Shown here: positions 49,138 to 58,341 of the stretch, one piece after another | How the letters are laid out: each line of letters starts with the position of its first letter | Numbering within the stretch: the stretch's first letter is position 1 | DNA from: an uncultured virus (IMG/VR IMGVR_UViG_3300032053_018320) | Taxonomy: Duplodnaviria; Heunggongvirae; Uroviricota; Caudoviricetes | DNA length: 64,000 nucleotides | Reading direction: 5' to 3' (one strand) | IMG/VR virus record: IMGVR_UViG_3300032053_018320 | The notes under the pieces: generated by a model | The model's database searches: none | What the model saw: only the letters and a program-made list of their open reading frames with translations | Told to the model about the DNA's origin: nothing | Translations under genes and position numbers: made by a program

Positions 49138-49479
49138 TTAGCAATTATCGTTCTTCGTTAACTCTGCTGCAAAGTTACCAACAATGCTCCATACTTTATC
49201 CCACGTCGTTGGTTTGATCGACTCTTCGAACGGTCCGACTGCATAGATATTGTCATCCGCATCAATGGCAAATATGCCATCAACAGCAAACGCATTGACG
49301 ATTGACTCAACTGGAAAATCGACGACATTATCACGAAGTCGTCGTTTCAATTCCCTTAGTCGTTCGCTATTGACCATATCTATTTTGGCAAATGTTTCCC
49401 TCGTTTGAATGACTTTAACCGTCATTTCTTTTCGATTCGGTATGACCTTGACAGTTGTCAAATTTGACCGTGCTTTCAT
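49138..49479 (-). CDS. Hypothetical protein
   Basis: 113-aa ORF. Confidence 0.65.
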   Translation of the reverse strand: MKARSNLTTVKVIPNRKEMTVKVIQTRETFAKIDMVNSERLRELKRRLRDNVVDFPVESIVNAFAVDGIFAIDADDNIYAVGPFEESIKPTTWDKVWSIVGNFAAELTKNDNC

Positions 49480-49523
49480 GATTGGATGAATATCGGTTCG
49501 TTACCCCAAAAAGATTTTGGTTG

Positions 49524-49539
49524 AACGAATGTTTAAATA
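49524..49539 (+). promoter_or_regulatory. Archaeal BRE-TATA promoter
   Basis: AACGAATGTTTAAATA upstream of 49597. Confidence 0.6.
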
Positions 49540-49596
49540 TCGATTCACGATCTATAGAATCAATTCAATAAAAGAAATCGATGAAGTGTTAAACAA

Positions 49597-49974
49597 ATGC
49601 CGATGAAAACTCGTGGATGTTCGACTTCACCAATAACTCGTGGAAAACCACGAACATTCAAGATAACGAAAACGTATAGAACGAGCATCGCTGGATCGCG
49701 TGCAAACCAAAACGGTGATTGGGACGACTATGGATATGATGACGAAGAAGGAATCGAGTTTCCCTACACCAGTGAGGGTCTCAGTGATGCTGCCCGTCAT
49801 CTTGAATGTGAGGGTGTCGGTGAATTCAATAATTGGTTCTCGACTATCGATCCAGAACGTGATGATATAACTGGCGCTGAAACGTTTTATGATTTTCACG
49901 TTGTTGTTGTACCTGAAGAGCCATATAAGGAAATAATCTATAAGAAACTCAACAACTTGTTAAATATTCAATGA
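49597..49974 (+). CDS. Hypothetical acidic protein
   Basis: 125-aa ORF with its own promoter. Confidence 0.7.
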   Translation: MPMKTRGCSTSPITRGKPRTFKITKTYRTSIAGSRANQNGDWDDYGYDDEEGIEFPYTSEGLSDAARHLECEGVGEFNNWFSTIDPERDDITGAETFYDFHVVVVPEEPYKEIIYKKLNNLLNIQ

Positions 49975-50003
49975 TTTCAAAAAAAGATTTTTACTCTTTT
50001 TTA

Positions 50004-50387
50004 TTAAGTCGTTTCGTTCTTACCAATGGATATAGTCAAATCACCATCTGTCGATGATTTAACGACCGCAGCATCACTGCCCACATACGAAAATATTCGC
50101 CGTAATTTGCGATTCAACGACCTATCAAAATTAGATTCAGTCATCGAATTTGCGATGACATTATAGAGACTGAACGATCCACCGAGTTTGTCGTAAATTT
50201 CTTGGAGTTGTTCGATCAAATCAAGCAGAGAACCATTTGCTGGCGATGTCACGATCCACTCATCACTCATTTCATCAACCAGCGACGAACTGGCTTGACT
50301 ATCTTCATCGGATTCCATTAACTCTGCCGCAGCATCGGTTAATTCTTCGATTTCAGATTTTCTTTTGCATCCATCCATGATTATCAT
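50004..50387 (-). CDS. Hypothetical protein
   Basis: 127-aa ORF. Confidence 0.65.
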   Translation of the reverse strand: MIIMDGCKRKSEIEELTDAAAELMESDEDSQASSSLVDEMSDEWIVTSPANGSLLDLIEQLQEIYDKLGGSFSLYNVIANSMTESNFDRSLNRKLRRIFSYVGSDAAVVKSSTDGDLTISIGKNETT

Positions 50388-50422
50388 CCATTAATTCTTT
50401 ACTCATTAACGATCTATATTAA

Positions 50423-50878
50423 TCAATCGAACTCAATGATGAGTCGTAGATTTGACGGATCACCGTTATTCAACCGTTGCAACAAGATGATTCGTTCCTT
50501 GAAATGAATTTTATCGACAACTTCGTTTGGTATTTCCAGTAAATCTGCGAGCGTTATTGCTACAGCATAATAACTTGGTTCTTCGACGATATTGCTCAAT
50601 GTATACCTGCTGTAATCTATTCCTCGTTTTCGTAAGTCAGCAGCGATCATTTCTTCGTCCGTGATGAGTAATTTGTTCTTTGCTTCGAGACTCAGATCGT
50701 GCGGATATTTCTCGTTATCCTTTCGCTTGAACACATCAATCAAGTCCGTCGCATATAACGTGCCAAGATAATTAGCGAACGGTTTATTATCACCATATAA
50801 CCTGCCATTATCGATGAATGCCCACGGCAAATAAGGAGATACACGGATTTCTATGGCGTAACTAACTGATATGCCCAT
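50423..50878 (-). CDS. Hypothetical protein
   Basis: 151-aa ORF. Confidence 0.7.
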   Translation of the reverse strand: MGISVSYAIEIRVSPYLPWAFIDNGRLYGDNKPFANYLGTLYATDLIDVFKRKDNEKYPHDLSLEAKNKLLITDEEMIAADLRKRGIDYSRYTLSNIVEEPSYYAVAITLADLLEIPNEVVDKIHFKERIILLQRLNNGDPSNLRLIIEFD

Positions 50879-50881
50879 GAA

Positions 50882-51220
50882 TCATTCACGCTCCTGTTTA
50901 AATGACATATTGCATAACCACGGTTTTCGTCCGAGATGTATTTCGAGTCGTTCCATATCAGATCGCCATTTGGCTTGACACATTGAACATAATCCGGTAG
51001 CCAAATAGAATTGTCGTTCTTCTTCATCGATGAAGTCAGATGCCTTGATCGGTCGTTCACAATAAACACATTTATCATCAAGGATGTTAGCAAATTCCGA
51101 TGAAAATAAAATCATCATCGGACGAGTGGAAAAAAAGTATTTCCGCTCGCTTGACATCGGTATGTCTTCATCCAGTTCGATCATCATTGAAAAATCTCGT
51201 GTAATAGTTTTTTGATTCAT
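50882..51220 (-). CDS. Zn-finger protein
   Basis: CVYC...F.DE....Y..TGLCSMCQ. Confidence 0.7.
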   Translation of the reverse strand: MNQKTITRDFSMMIELDEDIPMSSERKYFFSTRPMMILFSSEFANILDDKCVYCERPIKASDFIDEEERQFYLATGLCSMCQAKWRSDMERLEIHLGRKPWLCNMSFKQERE

Positions 51221-51459
51221 CGTCGAGTGTTGTTGTCTCCTTGTTCTTCTTCAGCGATCGCTCGTTTTAATTCAGCAGCAATTTCACGCATATCATCAAT
51301 GAGACCGCCATTTATCTCGACGAGATCACCTACACTAGCCAATTGAATGTTTTCCTTGATGACTGTTAGGTTGTTTATTTCGTCTTCAGTTTCCTTCAAG
51401 GCTTGGTGTTTATCATTTGTTTCACGAATGAAACGAATCTGATCTTCATTCAATATCAT
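51217..51459 (-). CDS. Small coiled-coil protein
   Basis: 80-aa ORF, coupled. Confidence 0.6.
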   Translation of the reverse strand: MILNEDQIRFIRETNDKHQALKETEDEINNLTVIKENIQLASVGDLVEINGGLIDDMREIAAELKRAIAEEEQGDNNTRR

Positions 51460-51474
51460 GAATATATCACTTCT

Positions 51475-51969
51475 CTATGCTTCTGAGTCTGGATCGTTCA
51501 CGCTTTCATCTTCATACTCAATGTGAGTGCTTTCGTCGTTGTCAAAACCATGAATACCTTCTTCTGCTTCATACATTTCTGCAATCTCACCGATGGATGG
51601 TTCATGATTGCCTTCATCGTTATGTTCATCTCGTGAATCAAGGTCAATTGGTTGATCGTTGATGTCAACGATACTTGGCAGCACATCTGGTGTCCGGATC
51701 GACATACCAACGATATTGAATGTCTCTGCATCGTGAGAGTCACACCAGACATCGTTGATATTTATGCCGACTTTCATGATCGTGGCATCAAAACTTCGCC
51801 ATCCAGTATTCCCACAGTTACAATGGTAGTAAATCTTCTTTTCGATTGCATCGAATTTCATGACATTGGTTAAATCCAATTGACCGTGACATCGGTAGCA
51901 CGAGAATACTCCACCAGCGATGACCACATTGATAGTTTGGAAGATATTTGGCATCGATTTGCACTTCAT
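51475..51969 (-). CDS. Zn-ribbon protein with acidic tail ending VNDPDSEA
   Basis: CYRC...CNC.TGWRS; paralogue family. Confidence 0.8.
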   Translation of the reverse strand: MKCKSMPNIFQTINVVIAGGVFSCYRCHGQLDLTNVMKFDAIEKKIYYHCNCGNTGWRSFDATIMKVGININDVWCDSHDAETFNIVGMSIRTPDVLPSIVDINDQPIDLDSRDEHNDEGNHEPSIGEIAEMYEAEEGIHGFDNDESTHIEYEDESVNDPDSEA

Positions 51970-52108
51970 TCTGTCTTGATCGATATAGGATTCACGGAAA
52001 ATTTAAATGATTCGTTCGTTCACAAACGACGACATACACGATACGGGGAATCGTGCTGGCAGTGGGAACTTTTTTATGGTCATTTATGTTTGATTCCTAT
52101 CGATCATC

Positions 52109-52630
52109 ATGAAAAACTACAAAACTTTCACGAAGTTCCTTGAGTCGTCCAAAAACGACGATGAGTTTTCATTCGTTGGATTTTTCGACGATGCAGATGA
52201 TGCCTTGAAAACAGCATCGATACTATTGAATAACGATGAAAGTAGGCATCTATCGATGGTGATCGAGAAGATAGATGACATACTCGACTATATCAATGGG
52301 CATTCATCATTGTTGAGCGACGACGACCGAACACAATTGAAAACACGAACGATGGCTGTGCAAACCTTTTATGACCTACAGAACGAAATCATCTTCATCG
52401 ATGATTGGACTGGATGGATGCCCGACAAGAAGATCATTCGTCTCGAGCAGATACAAATAGTAGCACGGCACAAGCGAATCGTCATTCTGTTGATCGTCAA
52501 CCCACACGGTAACGAAAAACGATTATTTCCGATTAGTCACCTATGTGTATTCAATAGAAATGGCGAATCACTCATTTCATCGTATCATAAACACTTCTTC
52601 ACGAATGGAGATTGTGTGAAGGTGTGGTAG
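52109..52630 (+). CDS. Truncated paralogue of the 7720..9639 ATPase lacking Walker A
   Basis: DEFSF, ASILLNNDESR, IIFIDD, VARHKRIV and SLISSYHKHF align in order with the ATPase. Confidence 0.7.
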   Translation: MKNYKTFTKFLESSKNDDEFSFVGFFDDADDALKTASILLNNDESRHLSMVIEKIDDILDYINGHSSLLSDDDRTQLKTRTMAVQTFYDLQNEIIFIDDWTGWMPDKKIIRLEQIQIVARHKRIVILLIVNPHGNEKRLFPISHLCVFNRNGESLISSYHKHFFTNGDCVKVW

Positions 52631-52671
52631 TCATCGAAACCTTTATTTGAGTCTCGATGGAATGATCATTT

Positions 52672-53076
52672 ATGTCGTGTGAAATTTCATTGCCACAGGC
52701 AGTTGGCGAATATATAAAGACTCACGGGTGGGAATCCACTTATAACGAGAAAACCAAGATTTTCACCATCAAGGGATTATTTCTTACCCAGATACTAAAT
52801 AAATCACGAAGTAAAACATCGTTAGTGTCACTTGATGTTTATAGGGACGAAGATTATCTTGGTTACTTTGTAGATGTTCATATAAGTAATAAAGTAACGA
52901 AATCCGAAGATCATCATGAACAACAAGAGTTCACGACTAACGTAATAAATGATTTCGTTTCCCAGTATAACATTGGTGATCATACCACTTCTAACCAACT
53001 TGTCATCGATCATCTCGCTGATTTGCTTAAATTACTGAAGTTTTTCGATCGTGAAATACCCACATTGATCGATTAA
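52672..53076 (+). CDS. Hypothetical protein
   Basis: 134-aa ORF. Confidence 0.65.
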   Translation: MSCEISLPQAVGEYIKTHGWESTYNEKTKIFTIKGLFLTQILNKSRSKTSLVSLDVYRDEDYLGYFVDVHISNKVTKSEDHHEQQEFTTNVINDFVSQYNIGDHTTSNQLVIDHLADLLKLLKFFDREIPTLID

Positions 53077-53161
53077 TTAATCTACTTTTTTAAACCAGTG
53101 TGCTAACGAAAATCCCATTCACACGATAAAAAACAAAAAGAAGAGTTAAAAAATACCCAGA

Positions 53162-53710
53162 TTACGCTTCACTATTCGGGTCGTTCACATCGTCGCTCGA
53201 TGAATGATGGATAGGCGCTGGTTTCGGCGCTGGGCGAGCGGATTGAATCGGACGATGGGCTGGCGCCGGATGTTCCACGGGACGATCGTAATGAGGCCCT
53301 ATCGCATGATCATCATCCATCGCTGGCTGGACAACTGGCAGTTCAGGTTCATCGACCGCTTCTTGGGCATCCACGAGTGGCGACTCTTCATCGCTTGCCC
53401 ATGAAACTTCTTCGGGGCGCGGAGGCGCTGGAGCAACAACATCCGCCAACTCGGCTGGAGCACTGATCGATGGAATACTGATATCGAGACCCCTAAAGGT
53501 CCGGTATCCCGTATGATCATGATTATCACACGACTCATTTGGGCATTTATACACGAGACGGGCATTGAACAGGTCTATCTGGGTTATGTCTTTGCCCGAC
53601 AGTGGATAATGGCATCGATGGCAGGTGATTTTTCCCGCCACGATTTTTTCCTTCAATTGCATCGTTACCGATGCGAAGTCTTGTTCGCTGAACATTTTTC
53701 GACACACCAT
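53162..53710 (-). CDS. Zn-ribbon protein with Pro/acidic tail ending VNDPNSEA
   Basis: CHRC...CPNESC..TGYR; paralogue family. Confidence 0.85.
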   Translation of the reverse strand: MVCRKMFSEQDFASVTMQLKEKIVAGKITCHRCHYPLSGKDITQIDLFNARLVYKCPNESCDNHDHTGYRTFRGLDISIPSISAPAELADVVAPAPPRPEEVSWASDEESPLVDAQEAVDEPELPVVQPAMDDDHAIGPHYDRPVEHPAPAHRPIQSARPAPKPAPIHHSSSDDVNDPNSEA

Positions 53711-53881
53711 TTCGTTTTGACTTTGCGATTTGGTTTTTCGAACCGACCGACGACTGATTTCATCGGTCTAAAAGAATAATACTCAGCAGCATATATAATG
53801 CCTTCGGTGACTGACTAACAACTTGTTAATGGCTGACAAACAACACGATTCCGGCATAATATCACAGCAATTGAATCGTTA

Positions 53882-54442
53882 TTGATCGGTATGTTAAACG
53901 ATGGTATCGATGGTTCGATTCCTTTATCTGAAAGGGCGAGAATCATCATCCAGCACTCACTAACGGATGAATATCCGATGCCAAAAACGATCACGAAGGC
54001 AAAAAATATCAAGAAAACTGCTGCTTGTCATACGCCACCAATCGACATCTTTTCGTTAGGTCATTTTGCGTTTGGCTTAAACGTTGCTGGTGATTATCTC
54101 TTGATTTCATACTTCATGACGTTATCATTTCAATTTTCGTTAACGTTTTACGTTTGGTCATTGATTATAGGGTGGATTGTATCGCTTGCTGTCTTTACGT
54201 CATGGGAATTCATTGAACATTTATTTGTCAAGGATCACATCTATATAGCAAAACTAGGCAAGAAGGACTGGTGTGAAACGAGGATGAATTCTATCATGGA
54301 TGTTGTCGTCGCATTCATTGCGTTTAATGCCTATTATTTGCCACTATCCTTGTTCATGGATGAGTCAACGGTTGTTTGGACAGCATTCGTGCTATCAACG
54401 ATAATTACCATGATAGTAGCATTACACATAAGAAAAAAATAG
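53882..54442 (+). CDS. Multi-TM protein with H..WE..E..N..D putative metal-binding motif (DUF2585-like)
   Basis: LGHFAFG, SWEFIEH, ETRMNSIMD; likely start MPKT. Confidence 0.65.
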   Translation: MIGMLNDGIDGSIPLSERARIIIQHSLTDEYPMPKTITKAKNIKKTAACHTPPIDIFSLGHFAFGLNVAGDYLLISYFMTLSFQFSLTFYVWSLIIGWIVSLAVFTSWEFIEHLFVKDHIYIAKLGKKDWCETRMNSIMDVVVAFIAFNAYYLPLSLFMDESTVVWTAFVLSTIITMIVALHIRKK

Positions 54443-54448
54443 GAAATT

Positions 54449-54883
54449 TTAACCCTCGGAATGAGGATTATTGACATCGTCATCGTCGGTGTCTTCTTCG
54501 TCGGCGACTTCTTCTTCGTCTTCTTCAGCATCGGACTCGGTGGACAACTGATCGAAATCTGGTTCGTCATCACCTTGCCATTCGACTTCCTCTGGTCGTG
54601 GCGGTTCTGGTGCCTTGGTCTCGATGAGGTCGGCTGGCGGTAATATCGATGGAATGACGATCTCCACGGCCTTCAAGGACCGATATCCGGTTTTCCCGGT
54701 TTTCGAGTTGTTGCACATCTCGTTGGAACACTCATACAGAATACGACCATTGATAAGGTCGATCTGCTTGATATTCTTGCCACTCAGTGGAAAATGACAC
54801 TTATAACAGGTCACTTTGCCTTGAGCGATCTTATCCTTCAATTGAAGGACAACGGCGTTGAAATCTTCTTGGGTATAGGACAT
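54449..54883 (-). CDS. Zn-ribbon protein with acidic tail ending VNNPHSEG
   Basis: CYKC...CSNEMC..TGYRS; paralogue family. Confidence 0.85.
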   Translation of the reverse strand: MSYTQEDFNAVVLQLKDKIAQGKVTCYKCHFPLSGKNIKQIDLINGRILYECSNEMCNNSKTGKTGYRSLKAVEIVIPSILPPADLIETKAPEPPRPEEVEWQGDDEPDFDQLSTESDAEEDEEEVADEEDTDDDDVNNPHSEG

Positions 54884-55074
54884 TTTTTATGCACCATCGT
54901 TCCGTTCGTTTTAAACTTTGCGATTGGAATAATGCGACCATTTCGGTCTAAATAGATAATGATCATTCTGCCCTTTAAGTATTTTCATTCACGACAAACA
55001 CAAAGCACAGACTGATGTGCAACCAAATCATGAGTAACGATTCCTATCAGTAGCACGGCACTATTGGGTAAAAT

Positions 55075-55329
55075 TCATAGTTTTGTCATTCCCGTGTGGC
55101 GTTTCAAGAAATCGTCGATGAACCGTGATATATCCTTGAATTGCGGTTTATTATGTTGTTCGCACGATTTATTCGTGCATCTAACTTCGATCCGCCCTTC
55201 GTTAACATCGAGTCCCGTGAGTTGTGTTATTTTCATTCCGCATTCTTTACATTTGATCAGTCCGTTCCTTGCCGATCCGCCGATTTCCGTCAAGAATGCT
55301 ATTTGTAACACATCATCTTCATCAACCAT
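55075..55329 (-). CDS. Zn-ribbon protein (tail-less family member)
   Basis: GLIKCKEC...D...GRI...CTNKSC. Confidence 0.7.
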   Translation of the reverse strand: MVDEDDVLQIAFLTEIGGSARNGLIKCKECGMKITQLTGLDVNEGRIEVRCTNKSCEQHNKPQFKDISRFIDDFLKRHTGMTKL

Positions 55330-55410
55330 TCATACCAACTCCACGGGAATCATGATATAGACAATCGACCACGGTTTCATGATGCTTCACGACCAAAAAA
55401 AAATGAGTGA

Positions 55411-56703
55411 TTAACAAACATCATCGACATAATCCTTCGGAGCGAAGAACGGACATTTCATTGCTTCACTTTTATCCATTTCATATCCAAACGCATCGCA
55501 TTCGACTAATCCAGTCCGTATTCGCAAGAGCAACTCTTCTTCGTTTTCTATATCAGCGCAACTATCACAATCAAAGCAGGTTACATCCGATCTGTTTTTT
55601 CGCTTGATCTCGACCTCGTTGGTTATGAAGTCATCGATTAGTTTCTCGCTTGATGTATCAACAGTCGATGGAGTATTATTCCATTGCTTCATCCAAGACT
55701 CCTTATCCTGTTTCTCCTTTTCTCGTTGCTTACGACGGTTTTTCTTACTGCCGTGATATCGATGCTTCTTTTTGCCGGGCTGACTCGCTGGTTCATCGAC
55801 AAACAATGGGGTAGCAGTTACTGAAACGTTGGTTCCGGGCAACTGAGATTGAGTTGTACCTTTTCGCACCCACTTTCCACCTTGCGACTTCTCGAAGTCA
55901 CCAAGATCAACATCAGAATAATCGAACATTTCACGCTGAACGGTGAATGTCGGCAATGCTTTTGTCGCGAGCCATTCCACTTTCTTCTCCTTGGTCGAAA
56001 GGTCAAATCCAATGACGACTTCATTATTGACTTCTTCCCACCGTTTTACCTTGCTACCACGTTCGTTTACTGCATTAGGCTCTGCTTGCATTATATCGCT
56101 AGTCGATGCAAATATCAATGTTTCAGTTTCTGGTAGTTCTTCAAAAATCAACGGACTAGTATTCGACTTGCAAAAAACGACCTCGCTCGTATTCGCAGCA
56201 ACGATGACACTTGAATTATTCTTCGTGCATCGTTCAATGTCTTCAAAACTAGCCTTGATGGCTTGATATAAGGTTTGCTCTTGATTGGCAGCAAATGCTT
56301 GACTGATGGCTTCGACAAAGATAAATGTATCCGTATTTTCCGGCACTTTATCGTATTTTTTGCAGTTGACAACACCATTATGAACCAACATAAAACTCTT
56401 ATCGTTTGGCGCTAATGGATGATTATTGATGTTGTTCTTAGGATCACCACGAGTCGCATGACGACAATGACCGATAAGATAAGTTACACCATCAGCCTTT
56501 GCTTGTTCGATGAAACTAAGATACTTCTCTGCAGTCACGAATATCGATGATGGTAAGGGTGCTTTGAGCATTCGCATACTTGATGCAAAAACGCCAGTCG
56601 CATGAGAGCCTCGTTGTTGAGCGCGGACAAGCATCTCCGTGAACTTCTTGAAATGCCACTCTGTCAAACCAGAGTAACAAACCACGCCGATTATCCCACA
56701 CAT
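55411..56703 (-). CDS. Class II glutamine amidotransferase (Ntn hydrolase) with C-terminal Cys-rich domain
   Basis: True start MCGIIG at 56703 (TGATG overlap); RG.HATG, GHCRHAT, NNHP and HNG motifs. Confidence 0.9.
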   Translation of the reverse strand: MCGIIGVVCYSGLTEWHFKKFTEMLVRAQQRGSHATGVFASSMRMLKAPLPSSIFVTAEKYLSFIEQAKADGVTYLIGHCRHATRGDPKNNINNHPLAPNDKSFMLVHNGVVNCKKYDKVPENTDTFIFVEAISQAFAANQEQTLYQAIKASFEDIERCTKNNSSVIVAANTSEVVFCKSNTSPLIFEELPETETLIFASTSDIMQAEPNAVNERGSKVKRWEEVNNEVVIGFDLSTKEKKVEWLATKALPTFTVQREMFDYSDVDLGDFEKSQGGKWVRKGTTQSQLPGTNVSVTATPLFVDEPASQPGKKKHRYHGSKKNRRKQREKEKQDKESWMKQWNNTPSTVDTSSEKLIDDFITNEVEIKRKNRSDVTCFDCDSCADIENEEELLLRIRTGLVECDAFGYEMDKSEAMKCPFFAPKDYVDDVC

Positions 56704-58022
56704 CAATATCCCCTCACGAAGGTTTCCCAATTGATCTTGCGATACCGACCATTTGGCGGAATGACCACTTCATGACCGAAATAGAGATACGCATCTTGGT
56801 ATCGTTCCGCTTCATCGTCAACATACAGTCGACGATAGAGTTCATCGATATCCCAAATAAGATTAGCGGGCACCTTTTCAAGGTCGATGAAGTCCGAATA
56901 CATTTGCATCACCTTGCCGAATTTCAATGGTGACTCCATCTTCGTTTTCATGAATCGCCGGCACATCATTCTAAACAAATCGAGAGCCGTTGAGTAGATT
57001 TTATCGTCACCATCCTTGTCGCTGCCCTTCTTCTTCGCTCCACCACAAAGATATGGAATGCCCCGACCTTCGACAAACTCGATCTTCTTCATGAGAGCCA
57101 TCGCCTTGTAGATGTCATAGTTTCGAAGCAAGTCCCAAAATTCAGGTATTCGAACGTTCCAATCCTTGAGTTTGATCGACTCATTGCGAAGCATACAAGC
57201 ATTATTGAACACTCCGAACAGTTGAACCGCTGGAAGGGTCCAATATGGGTGATTTTCAACGAGACGATTTTCAATGGTCACGGCTCGTTTCGTATGCCTA
57301 TTCCAAGCCAAAGCCGAATACGGATGTCCCATGGTCAAGGTCGTATGATTTCCCTTGGTCGTTGTCGTCGTTCCAGTCGAAAATAATTCGATGATATTCG
57401 ACGGCTCAACACGAGCGACTACCGGAATTGCCCATTGAGTTAAGGCAGAGTTGCGAAATCGTTTTCCAAACGACCAAAATATAGCGGTTAATGGTTGCCA
57501 GGTCATCATGTCGTTGAACAGGATAGCCCATAAATTCGCATTACCGACCCGCTGATGGTCGAAACTATCACCGAGGTCGAGTTCTCCACGAACACTCCAG
57601 TGGATATGCGAACCACAGCCCCTTCGTTCATTGTTAAAATAGAACTCTTTTGCCCACACCCACTGGTCAGTTCCAACGACCTGATTGAAAATACGGAGTA
57701 TTTCAATTTCTTGGCTCGAGTGAGGAGTCTGCCACTCCCACGGCTTGCTTCCATCCCAATGACCGCCATAGATGGATGATCTCGCTTTAACGGCTTCGGG
57801 AACATAGATCGGTAGATTGGTAGGATTATCATTAACGATGATCGGCTTTATTGGACCATTACCCATCGCTGGCTGTTCAATTTCCATACCGACTGAGCAC
57901 GGCTTTCGTAAGAATTTATCTTCGCCATTGACCTTTTTTGAATGGTCTTGCTCGCTCAACGAAACGAATTGAGCATTAATTTTTATTTCTTTTCGGTTAG
58001 CAGTATTTAATCGAAACGACAT
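56703..58022 (-). CDS. Putative amidoligase (COOH-NH2 ligase, glutamine-synthetase-like fold)
   Basis: GMEIE, WEWQTP, GCGSHIH and TIENR motifs; coupled to the GATase. Confidence 0.8.
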   Translation of the reverse strand: MSFRLNTANRKEIKINAQFVSLSEQDHSKKVNGEDKFLRKPCSVGMEIEQPAMGNGPIKPIIVNDNPTNLPIYVPEAVKARSSIYGGHWDGSKPWEWQTPHSSQEIEILRIFNQVVGTDQWVWAKEFYFNNERRGCGSHIHWSVRGELDLGDSFDHQRVGNANLWAILFNDMMTWQPLTAIFWSFGKRFRNSALTQWAIPVVARVEPSNIIELFSTGTTTTTKGNHTTLTMGHPYSALAWNRHTKRAVTIENRLVENHPYWTLPAVQLFGVFNNACMLRNESIKLKDWNVRIPEFWDLLRNYDIYKAMALMKKIEFVEGRGIPYLCGGAKKKGSDKDGDDKIYSTALDLFRMMCRRFMKTKMESPLKFGKVMQMYSDFIDLEKVPANLIWDIDELYRRLYVDDEAERYQDAYLYFGHEVVIPPNGRYRKINWETFVRGY

Positions 58023-58112
58023 TTTTCATCATTCACCATCATTGTTTACAAGATAATGGACTCGACGAAAAATTTAAAACTTTCCAACGGAAACAAACCG
58101 CGTTGTTAGTGG

Positions 58113-58322
58113 TCATGAGTGTTTGCCCTTGATCAGATTCCACACATCTTTTCGTCCGATAAGCCATTCTACCAAAGCCGAACGAGTCGCCTCGGCAATC
58201 GATGACACGATTCCGTTGTCCTTGAGGTCTCGAAGGATGTTATAGTAAGCAATGGGCAACGTTACACTGATCGACTTGGCTTTCGTCTCGCTCGTGGACT
58301 TTTTGGTTTGTGACATCATCAT
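58113..58322 (-). CDS. Ribbon-helix-helix (CopG-like) regulator
   Basis: KSISVTLP....L..L...G...S.AEA.R.AL. Confidence 0.85.
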   Translation of the reverse strand: MMMSQTKKSTSETKAKSISVTLPIAYYNILRDLKDNGIVSSIAEATRSALVEWLIGRKDVWNLIKGKHS

Positions 58323-58341
58323 TCACTGATGATTACCGTTT

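Noticed and set aside
53711..54960. c-di-GMP-I riboswitch (CGCAAAG)
   Set aside because: Only a short match; the surrounding GGCAAAC and P1-P3 architecture is absent
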